From: Cyanophora paradoxa CCMP329
Taxonomy: Eukaryota; Plantae; Glaucophyta
Direction of reading: 5' to 3'
Length of the DNA: 64,000 nt
Assembly: GCA_004431415.1 (NCBI GenBank)
Contig: QPMI01000514.1
Span: 1-64,000 of the forward strand
Shown: one piece after another, positions 27,556 through 38,400 of the stretch
How the letters are laid out: the number at the start of each line of letters is the position of its first letter
Position numbering within the stretch: the first letter of the stretch is position 1
Translations under genes and position numbers: made by a program
Notes under the pieces: generated by a model
Database searches by the model: none
What the model was told of the DNA's origin: nothing
Seen by the model: only the letters and a program-made list of their open reading frames with translations

Positions 27556-27679
27556 AAGTATCATAGTTTAGGCTACCGCCGACCGCCGAGTTGGCTCAGC
27601 GGCTCACCGAGTCAGAGGCTTACTAAAAGTTAGAGCCCCGAGTCAAAAATAACAAACAATTAAGTAATTTGGTGGGGAA

Positions 27680-27957
27680 TTTGTAACCGATTTGTAACCG
27701 GTTTGTAACCGGTTTGTAACCGATTTGTAATCGCATCAGAACGCGCGAACGAAGTGAAGTTGCCTACACTTTATGAATGGGAAATCTGAAATACATTTGT
27801 AATCGCATCAGAACGTGCGAACGAAGTAAAGTTGCCTACACTTTATAAATGGGAAATTTCAAAAAATCTGAAATACATTTGTAATCGCATCAGATTGCGC
27901 GAACGAAGTAATTTCAGCTATACCTTCTGTAATCGCATCAGAATGCGCGAACAAAGT
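27680..27957 (+). repeat. Subterminal tandem repeats: 11-bp TTTGTAACCGR x4-5, then four copies of a ~30-bp TGTAATCGCATCAGAACGCGCGAACGAAGT unit
   Basis: 30-bp unit at 27726, 27798, 27880 and 27928. The first two belong to 72-82-bp tandem units. Confidence 0.85.
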
Positions 27958-28208
27958 ATTACAATGAAGAAAAACCATAAAATACTACTTTGTGGCATGC
28001 TATATGTTTTTGGAATCGCCGCGATGTGATGACCCCGACTAGGTCGGTGACGCCGGTGTATATATGTATATGTTGCCATATGAGAAAAAAACAAAAAAAA
28101 CAAAAAATTCAAAGTTGTGCGGGATCACACACACGGAGGTTCGGACATATATACGAAATATATACATGACTAAATCGTTATTGTTTTCATAGAACTCGCA
28201 TGTAGTTT

Positions 28209-29109
28209 GCATGTATCTTGCATAGTGGGCGGGGCTTTTTCAATCCTGAGACTGATAACAATCATAAAACAAGGTGTTACAAGTGAATTTATAGATTCTC
28301 AGTAAGGTGTTACAGGTGTTACAGGTCTATCCCAAAGTTTCCTGTCCCCCACCCCCTCCTAGGGCAAAGTTTGGGATGAACCTGTAACACCTGTAACACT
28401 GACCTATTTCAGTAAGAACCTATTAAAACAACAAAATATCAGTCTTAATATATCATAGTAATATCGTTTTCAGTGCGAAACTATTCACTATCACATACTC
28501 TCGATGCGCGCGAAATGTTTCATGCAGCACACGATAATTGTTTACGTTGTTACAGGTGTTACAGGTCTTGCCCAAACTCGGGAACCAAGACCCCACTCCT
28601 AGGGCGGACTTTGGGATAAACCTGTAACACCTGTAACACTGAATAAGACCAATTAAAATACAAAAGAATCAATCATAATATATCATAGATCTACTTTGTT
28701 TTATAGAGAGCCGCATACAGAACGTTCCATGCAGCTCATGGTAGTTGTTTTTGATGAAACGACGCATGATCGTCGCTTATGCATTGAAAATTCAGAACAA
28801 CACACATATACAACGCCCGGTTTTTAGACTGAGGCAAGTTATAATTAAACTAAGTTGAGTCACACCTATTCTATAATGAAACTCACGATATATATAAGTC
28901 TACTCATCGAGAATATAGCTAAACTTCACATAAACTATACATATTTCACATATTTTATTAAAAAGAAGCTATAACCCACGATAAAATAAATACATATCAC
29001 AGATAAAATACACACATATTCACGATAGATATATTATAAATACAGGTTATATACTAACGATATCAATTTAAATTAGCCGAGGTCTAAAAACCGGGCGTTG
29101 TATATGTGT
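28209..29109 (-). repeat. Right terminal inverted repeat (901 bp)
   Basis: Reverse complement of 2370-3269. Confidence 0.96.
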
Positions 29110-29115
29110 AACCAT
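29110..29115 (+). repeat. Target-site duplication AACCAT (right copy)
   Basis: Matches 2364-2369. Confidence 0.93.
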
Positions 29116-29754
29116 GTCTCCCCCACTCAGGAGACCCTCCCATATTGAGCGACCCAAGATCGGCACCTAGCTAGCATCTTCGGCTAGATAGCTGACCGGT
29201 CGGAAGGGCACGTCTAGTAGAACATTGGTACATGTGCCGTGGTGTATCAATGCGACGTCCATTTTTGCAACAAAAAAAACGGACTCGGCCCGGCGGATTT
29301 GATTCGGATCCGGATTAGATCTAGATCTAGCTAACTCGTACGCGTCGCGATCGAGACGACAACACAAAATGTGTGCAATTGCAAGTCATGTACATGTACA
29401 TATACGAATCCGGAACGTTAACTAGTGGCCCGGCCGCGTTTTGGCGCGCCGGGGGTGCAAGGGGGGAATCTGGATCTAATGAAAGAGTAGTAGTGGCACG
29501 AACATGCACGGGGCAGATGTAGATCGACCCCGGCCCAGCGCGCGCGGCAGGACAGCGGCCGGGGCGCCAACGAGGTCGGCGCAGCGATGCGGCTGCGAGC
29601 AGAGGCTGGATCGCGAGGAAAAGCTACGCGGTACGGGCCAATCCCGGAGTCCGGCCCACGGGCTGCGCGTGCTTCGGTGCACGTGCTGCGGTGCAAGCTT
29701 GATGCAGTCAAAAGTAGATCAGGCGGCACGGGTACCGTGCGGCGTACGCGGCGC

Positions 29755-30080
29755 ACTGCGAGGAAGTGGAAATCCAGAGGAGATCGAGCAAGACAGCTAG
29801 GGAGAATTTTTAAGAAATTCCGTGCGGCGTGCGCGGCGCAGTGCGAGAAAGTGGAAATCTAGAGGAGATCGAGCAAGACAGCTAGGGAGAAGTGGTTCCA
29901 TGCAGAACCGCGCAACGAAGAGCAAGGCGTACGCAACGCACTGCGAGGAAGCCGAAATCTACAGGAGACAGCTAGCCATAGGGAGAACTGGTTCCATGCA
30001 GAACCGCGGAAGGAATTCGAAGACCGGAATGAGAGAGAAGTTGGTTTCCAGGCTTCAAGTCGAGGAAAACTGGTCTTCGC
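29755..30080 (+). repeat. Host degenerate tandem repeats; 30020-30080 recurs at 31521-31582
   Basis: GGAAATCYAGAGGAGATCGAGCAAGACAGCTAGGGAGAA x2, GGTTCCATGCAGAACCGCG x2. A ~60-bp block GGAATGAGAGAGAAGTTGGTTTCCAGGCTTCAAGTC is duplicated ~1.5 kb away. Confidence 0.7.
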
Positions 30081-30095
30081 TAGAACCGCGGAAGG

Positions 30096-30580
30096 AATAC
30101 TAAGTTATAACTAATTACTTATGACGCAAGCGCACACACGTAAAAAAACACGAGAAGTACGCAGCAGCCGAGCCAAAACGCGACGGAGCCCCTATTGAAA
30201 CTCCCGACCTCGTACTCAATTGGCACTTTGAGTACGGACCAGTAGTAAAACACCGCTGTCACCGCCTGGCGGCGCCTGCCAGTGGGCTGCCAGCCTGCCA
30301 CGTACGCGTGCACGTGAAGCCGCACTGCGGCAGCCGCTGAGCGCACGCGCGTGCACGTGACTGCGAGCTAGTCTGCCACGCCCGGCCGGCCCACGCGTAC
30401 GGTCCGGTACTATACTGGAGAGCTGGAAATATTTAGTGGGCTGTATATTAATTTATAGCACTAATTTATAAATGTTTTTGGGCGATCTACTAAATATTTC
30501 CCGTCTGCTAGAGCCGAGAATTTTTAGTCCCATCTCCACGATACAAAAGCCCTGCAGCTGAGAAGACTGACCTACTTTAA
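30096..30580 (-). repeat. Host interspersed repeat, inverted copy of ~815-1626
   Basis: Collinear reverse-complement blocks, as listed for 815-1626. Confidence 0.75.
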
Positions 30581-32450
30581 CTTTTATCAGCTGCTAAAGT
30601 GGCATTTTTGGCGAAGTACTAATTATTTTCCTGCACTAAATTAATAAGTCCTCCAGTACCAGCCTATTACCAGGTACCGGAATTCCCTTCATGATCACTC
30701 AGGTTGATCATGACGTGTGTAACCGACACGTGGCGAGGACTTTGACCGTCAACGTCACCAGCCTGGCAGAGCGCACGCGCACTGGCAGCACTGCGGAAGT
30801 CACTGAGTGGCAGTGAGTGCTGCCTCGGATTTGGATTCCGGACAGCGTGCGCGCGTTGGCGGCGTAGCGCGCGCCGCGCGCTGCGGCGCGAGTCGAGTTT
30901 TTCCCAGCATGCAGTTTAAGCTGGCCAGTGGCGTGCATGCGAGGATGGAAAGTGGCAGCTAATTATAACGGACGTTTCCGGAAAGTAACGGACAGCTTAA
31001 GTGGCGGATAGCGAAAAGTAACGGAAAGTAACCGAAACACACTGCATTCTAGCTGCAGGCCCGCTGATCATGATTCATGAGCAGCAGCAGCAGCTGTCGT
31101 TGCTGCAGTTGCGCTTAGCAACCGCGTACATACTAGTGCTGCTGCGCATGTAGCTAGCGCTGCTGCGCATGCTTGTGCAGACGGAGCACTGCGGCGCATC
31201 AGCAGGTGAATTCAAAGTCAACGCAGCGCTTGCGATCGCGAAAGCAGTGATCCTGATTTTGTCGAAGCCGCTGCTTTTGAGCACCCGCTCCGGATCGTGA
31301 AGTGCGCGGCGGTCGCGACCATTATTTCAAGACGAAGCCGAGGAAGATTATTCGAATTCTTTTGTCCTGAAAACGTCCGTCGTTATGGCAAACTGCGCAA
31401 GAATCGAAATATATAATAGCTAATTGTAATCGCTATGCCAGTATGTCCGACGGTCATGATATCGATCATGAGTAATCAGTAAATGGGGGGGTGCGGGGGG
31501 GCTTGCCCCCCTGCTTGTTCGAAGATCGGAATGAGAGAGAAGTTGGTTTCCAGGCTTCAAGTCAAGAAAAACTGGTCTTCGCCCTCGAAAACCTTTTTTT
31601 GCATGGACGGCCGCAGCGACAAACACGTGTCGCTGCAACCGAATTTCGGCTCATTTTTTCCCCGCGTTGCAAACTGGACCTCGAAAACGGCCTCATAGAA
31701 GAAATTTTGGCTGAAGCGAGGGAACGGGAAGCAAGGGGGGAAGACCTGCGGTCTTCTTTCCCCCCTTGCAACATTGGAACGCACGCGTTAACATCTGCAA
31801 GTAGTCTGCTTCACAATAAAATTTAAAGGCCGCAGTTGGCACGGCACGGTATGCACTGTCGCAGTTGGCACGGTATGTGAATGTTAATTCGAATTCATCG
31901 AGTCAAGTTGCTTAGCCACGCATGCGCACTGCGCGCATGCATATGCGGTAGGGCCGGGCAACTTGGCAATATCTACAGCATCGTTTCCGCTATAGCTGAG
32001 CTGTAGGACCGCTAATTAAGCTTATGGCAGCCGCAACCGTTTATAATCTAGATATGTGTAAGCCATGCATGTGGGGGAACTTGGAGTTGTGATCCGTCTA
32101 GTCCGCGTATTATATATGTGTGATCTATGTGAGGGGTTCAACCTCTTCAAGACTTGCAATTACACATGGGCCGCTGCACAGCTCGAGTACATTTGACACT
32201 GCAGCTGGAACGAGTGTGTACAGCTGCAGGAGAGCCAGGTGGACAGGACTCTGGGACTAGTGATACGCTTGCGACAACCTCCGCGAGCGGGAGACCTAGA
32301 TAATAGCTATACTCTACACACGAAACAATACACTCACGAAAATGCGAAATACTACAATCCATATGTATCTCCGCGGCCGCCGAACCGCGGGACCGCGGCA
32401 CGTATTTATTGTGAATCGCGCCATCGGCGCGCGGCGTCCCAGCTAGAGCT

Positions 32451-35400
32451 TCAGTGGTCGAGGCGCCCGGCGAAGGCCGCAGCGACGGCCATCTGCAGAC
32501 CGGCCACGATGGCGATCCACGGCCAGCCCGGCGGTGCGGCGCCCGTCGCGCCCGAACGAAGCTCCGGGAGGCTCCTGCGGATCCGAACCAGCGCACAATC
32601 AACAAGGGCAGCTGCAGGCAACGTAGTACAGAGCAGCCCGATCGCGATGAAGGAAAGAACGCACTGGGAGTAGACGGCGGCGCTGGTCGTGCGCAGGTCT
32701 CCCGCCTCGAAGTCCTGCCCCCCGATCGCGCAGCCGGCGCCCGCCCCGCACTGCTCGCCGATCGCCCCGACGCCGTCCGCCGCGCTCGGGCCGTCGGCCT
32801 GCAAACGAAGCTCCAGCTCGGCGGGCATGCACAGGAGCGGGCACGCGCGACAGATGCGGGCGGACCTGCAGGAGGGCCCGGGCCATGTGCAGGGCGCGCG
32901 CATCCCGGCCGCGATTCTGCAATTTGAGACCGTTTAGAACAGCAACTCGCCACTCCGCAGACATGTAAACATCTGACCTGGAGGGTTCCCGCGACGGTGT
33001 AGGCGCACGGCGCCTCCGAGCACGCCTCAGCGGTAAAGTTGGACACGTGGACCTTGCGATCCCGTCGCAAAGAGGGGCGCGAAGAAGGCGCGGGCGACGA
33101 TTGCGCACCTGCTCCCGCCTGAAACACCGCTGGCGCTTTGAGCACGCGTCGCCGGACTTCAGAAGGTCGAAGACTAGCGCGAAAATCTCGTCCGCCCACT
33201 GCAAAAAAATCAGCCGAGACAGGAGAAAAGGCAGGTCGAGCAATGATCGGACCTGGCCTGCAGCATAGGCTGGCGGGTGCAAATCGACTATGTCGGCGTA
33301 ATCTAATTTTCGAATGAGAATTTAAGCTTAATCTTGGATACGAAAGCGCAGAACATTCGACAACTCAGCATTTAAAGCACCAGAAACGGTCAGATTCGCG
33401 AAACGAATTGCGAAGTTCAGCGCGACGGGGAACCCGCTCTCTGACGGCTTTCGGTTCTGCGAAAGAGGTGCAACGTTAAATATTGGAAGGTCCAATTTCG
33501 AGTGGAAGTGGCGCACGAGGGCAGAGAAGGCGGCGGCGGCCTCCGCGAGCTGCTGGGCGCCGGCGAGGCGGGCGATCGAGGCGGCGTCCGTGGCGCCGAG
33601 GGCCGGCGCGTCGAGCACGCCGCTGGCGCTGACGTTGCGGAGCGCCCGCTGGTTCACGACGGCGATGGCCGGGGACGCGAGCCGCTGGAGCCGGAACGAC
33701 CTGCGGGGCGTGAGCTCGAAATCCACAGAAGAAGATTGTCGACGGTCAAGATTTGAGGCGCTGACCGGAGGAAGGCCGACGAGCGGAGGGCGGAGAGGAG
33801 GCGGAGGGACGAGTCGTCGCTGCCGGCGGAGGCGCCGGCAACGAGCCCGCCCGCCGGCACCGACCGCGCGTTGAGCGCCGTGAACGGGTTCTGAGCGGAC
33901 GAAGTCAACAGAAGAATTCAGCATCGATAGCAAATCCATGCGAAGGGCGCACGGTGTTGTCCCAAAGGGAGAGGGCGAGGATGAGGGTCGATCCGGAGCA
34001 GGAGGCGGACACGGTCGCGTTGCCGGTGACGGGGTCCGAGATCGGCACCATCGACCCGTCGCGCGCGTTCGCCGCCGCCACGACGCGCCGCTGCACCTGC
34101 GGGGGCGTCATGATCAGCTGAACTTCGACAGAAGCCACAACAGCTGCTTACCAACAGAGGGCTCAGCTGCGCTGCGATGCTGCGGCACTTGCGCTGCGAG
34201 GCAGCGGCAATGGCCTCCGACCCGCGCCCCGAGGCCCGCGCCGGCGGCTTGACGTCGAAGGACATTGTGATATCCGTGACGTTCACCACCGCGAAAATCT
34301 GCGAACCCACACTAAAATCGAACGATTGTACGGGGGCCTCCGAGGCGGTGTCGGACCTTGGTGGCCGCAAGGCGGACGAGGCCGTTGGGCAGGACGGTGC
34401 GCCGGGCGCCTCGGAAGCCGGGGACGGCGGCCTCGAGAAGACCGGCCCCGCCCGTCGCGTTCAGCGCGCGGCGGACGGTCGGCGGCGCCAGCACCGTCCC
34501 GTTCGCGTCCAGCAGCGAAACCTGCAAGCGCGCGTCATCATGAGCTCTCTGTTGCGATCGCGATGCGCAAGGTTGCAGGCTGGATCCCAGAAATCTTTAT
34601 TTGGATCAACGGTGAGAGCGAAGGCCCGGGGTCGCACCTCGACGGGGCCGCGCCCACCGAGGGTCACGCTGCTGTTCCGGATGACAGCCGCGACGGCCGG
34701 CGGCAGCGGGCTGGACGGCTTCGGGCCCGCCTGGACCGTCACGCGGATCTGCACGCCGAATATTTTAACGTACTCCAGTGATGAAAGGATGATTAAGCGA
34801 GCAGGCGCACGCGCACCGTCGCGAGAACGGCAGATGCGCCCTCGGGCAGGACGGCGCCGGAAATAGACACGCGGCCCGAGCCCACCTGCGCGAAGCACCT
34901 ACCGCGGCCCACCAAAATCTGGACGTGGTTCGTTGTGAGAACACTGTTCCATCTCAATGCGTACAGAGGTCGCGGGTCACACCTGAGAGTCCACGTCGGT
35001 CTGGTTGGCGCTGCTCTTGCGGAGAACTTCGCCGATGACGCCTTTCACGCTCGGCGGGTCCTGCTTGGCCACACTGCAGACAAGAGTGTCAAACAAATAT
35101 CGCGATCAATATCAATCGGGCTCGAATGATAAGCAAAGCGGACAAGACGTTGCAGGTATCAGCACTCTCCAGCGCGTAAGACAGGTCGACCTGGTGTTTG
35201 CGCTCAAAACTAACCCAAACGACAGGCTGTCCAACGAGTGCTCGATACACACCAGCGCTGAGCGGACGAGGGGACGGGGCGAAACGACGGCTGCTGCGGC
35301 CTTCAGAGCGCTGCTCTGAACAGCGGGGGAGATCCGGCAAACGGCGCTGCAGGAGGGTTAGAAGAGGCAAGCGCGAAGCAAATCTCCAGTCGAAGGCATT

Positions 35401-38400
35401 CGCGAACCCCGATCCAGCTGCACGCGAAATCAGCATAAATTGACGAAGAATGACCGTATGCAAAGCGAAATCATAAAAAGCGAAAATGCTCACAGACGAC
35501 GTCGGCCTTCGACTTGACGTTGTTCGTGCAGGCGGACCTGCAGAGCGCGCGGTCGAATTCGAGATTCTCCGCGGACCCATCGCACTGCGGCGGCGACTGC
35601 GCACTGGACGTGGAGGGCGTAGCCCGGGACGGTGGTGGCGTTGACGGCGGCGAGCCAGAGGGACCGCGCGGCGCGCCCGAGGGCCCGCTCGTTGAACGCG
35701 TTCAGCTCTGCAGCAGCCAACTAAGCGAGGGGCGCGCGAAGCAACGGACCCTCCCGGGGGGCACCGGGCACGACGGCGGCGACGAGGTCGCGGCAGGCGG
35801 AGGGCCAGAGCTGGCGGAGGTACGCGTCCGCCTGCAAAGCAAAGGTGTGGACGGACTTGGTTTACAGGGAGGACAGCATTGTTCTCGAATCCGCACCCAC
35901 TCAAGGAAGGGCAGGCAGGCGGCGCGGCTCGCGGGCAGCAGGACTGCCGAGACGGACTTGCACGGGGCGTACTTCGGGTCCGTCAGCGCGACGCCCTTCG
36001 TCAGCGAGGCGTACAGGTAGAACAGGCTGGCAAAGGAAGCATTTGGTGTTACAAAATGAGAATCAAGAAGATAGGAATGTCATCATGGAGGGCAGGACCT
36101 TGCGAGGCCGGCGCGGGCAGTCTTGGACGTGAAGGTGGCGTTGGCGGTGCCGTTCGAGAAGACGGCCGCCAGGACGGAGCCTGCGCCACATGCATGCTCT
36201 CGGGTTACACGCAGTTTCCCTTCTTTATCAAACTGGGACAAAATTCAGCACCCGCAGGACCGGGGGCGAGCGGCGCAAGGCCGCTGCACTGAGCGACCGG
36301 GTCCTGCGCGTACGGCCTGTCCTGCGTGCGCTCCACCCCCATCTGAAGCTGCTTGGCGATGAGTCAGAAAACGCGAGCGTGCGCTCGAAAACCCGAACGC
36401 GCGGCGAGCGGGCGCACCGCCGAGGCGCATGCGTCGCAAGCGAAGTCGAACGCGGTTCTCAGCGCGGGCGCCGGCGCGGCCGGCGCCTGCCGAAGCTCGC
36501 GGCGGCCGCCAGGCGGGGCCCCGGCCGGCGCCGTGCAGCCGGAGCCTGCGACGGCATGGCAGCCCGGAATCGTGCAGCCCGAGTCGGCGCAGCACTTGGC
36601 GGCGTCCACGGGCGCCCCCGGGTCCTCCGAGCGCAGCGCGCACTCCGCCGCCGCGCTGTCCGCGGGGCTAACGGGGCTCTTGACGAGAGAGACGAGGAGC
36701 CCGTCGCCCGCGCCGAGCCTGGCCGACACCTGCGCACGCGGGGACCCCGGAGTCCGAGTCGAACCGGCGCTGGGAATCGCCCGAACGCATGGCCAAGTAA
36801 CCAAAGCAAATTAAAACAATTGCAAGACTAGTACTTGCACGCACGCAGGCTTGGAGGGATGGGTAGGGCCGGTATTGCACGTAGCAGTCGCTGCCGCGCT
36901 CCCGCGATGAGAGCTGCCCGTCGATCGGCGCTACACACTTGCTCTGCAGCGAAGTCAGCTTTTCTCAACCTATCCGCGCGATCAGCCGCTGCGCCGCGGG
37001 CCGGGGCGCGCCAGCGTGGAGTAGCCGGGGCAGTCCTCGTAGACGCCGAGGGCCGTATCGTTGCCGAACGCGAGCCGCGGCGGAGTCCACCGCTGCGCCG
37101 GCGCCGCGTCGGACGCGATCGTTCGGGATGGGGTTTGAGGGCGGACCTCCCGCGTGCAGGAGCGGTCGGCGGAGGAGAGGCCGTCCACCGCCGACGGGAG
37201 GCATGAGTGGGACCCGTCCTCGGCGTGGCAGAGGCCGCAGCCGCGGCTTTCGAGGCAGGCCGTCTGCGCGGCCGCAGAGGAAGCGACCGCCGTGCCCGCG
37301 TCGTCTCCGTAGCACAGCTCTGCACCCGCCATCGGAATTAACTCTAACCGAGACGCAGGGCGCCGCGAGTGTCGCACCGTTGGTGATCGGGTTGATCATG
37401 GAGTAGAGGGGAGGGTACACGGCCGCGTTGACGAAGGCGTCCTCCGGAGCCTGGGAGTCTTCCTCGATGACGCTCTCCGGCCTGCGAGTCCACCGCGTGA
37501 ACCACAACTGAAAATTCGTGAGTGCGGCGGGTGAATATGACGCACTCAAGCGCCGAAAACTCGAATTCCTGGTGCAGCTTCCGGCGTCCTTCTGCGGCCA
37601 GCAAGGCGTGCAGGGAAACCCTGGATGATGAAAGATTGCGCAAACCACGAGTCAGGGGAGCTACAACCGGCAGCAATGGACATTGAAGGCACCAGTGAGG
37701 AGACTCTACGGTGCGCGCGATCTGATCGCATGTCATGCTGCTCGTGCCGTTGAAGTACGGGCCCGGAGCCGTCCTGAAGGTCGAGTCGGCTCGAATATAC
37801 ACACGCTAGAGGCGGACGTGGGCCGCGCACGACGGGGCTGAGGGGTCGGTGGAGTCGCCGGTCACGCAGAAGCCCCAGGCGGGGTAGGCGCCGCGGACGG
37901 GCACGGCGAGCCCGTTGGACTGCGCCTCGCTGGCGGGGAGCGTCTCGTAGCGGCAGACGAGGCAGGCGGCGTTGCGGAGGCAGCCCTCCATGCCGTCCTC
38001 GTCGTTGTAGGTAGCCTCGCAGGCCTCTGCCGCGGAACGGACACTCGTTCAAGAACGTTTATGAGGAAAAGGGCGCAGCGGAATGAAGGCTCGTTCAAGA
38101 AAGGAAAACTGTTTCGACCTTTGTCGCGGGGCCCGACGACGTGGACTTCGGCGGTCGCCTCGAAGAGGTCCTCGTCGGTCCAGCCGCTGTAGAAGAGGCG
38201 GTAGCGCCCGTACGGCCCGTCGGCGAGGTCGCCGCTGGCCGCCGGCGCGCACGGCGCCTCCTCCCCGTCCACATCTGAAGCCGCTGTCAGATTTCCTGGT
38301 TTTCATCGTTCACACTGAGCGCGAGCGCACCCAGGCACTTCGTCCAGTCGATGACGAGGCGGACGAAGTCGTCGTCGGGGCCGGCACGCTCGTCGAAGCG

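Larger units (their letters stand above)
2370..29109. mobile_element. Endogenous Polinton-like virus / Maverick-virophage-like element, full length (26,740 bp)
   Basis: Ends 5'-ACACATATACAACG...CGTTGTATATGTGT-3'. Flanked by AACCAT at 2364-2369 and 29110-29115. About 900-bp TIRs. Intronless, dense ORFs, much more AT-rich than the host flank. Encodes pPolB, rve integrase, A32 ATPase and capsid-like genes. Confidence 0.96.

Noticed and set aside
27726-27957. Four ~30-bp repeats with intervening sequence, resembling a mini CRISPR array
   Set aside because: The first two 'spacers' are near copies of each other, spacer lengths are uneven (about 42, 52 and 18 bp), and there are no cas genes. It is a degenerate tandem repeat.
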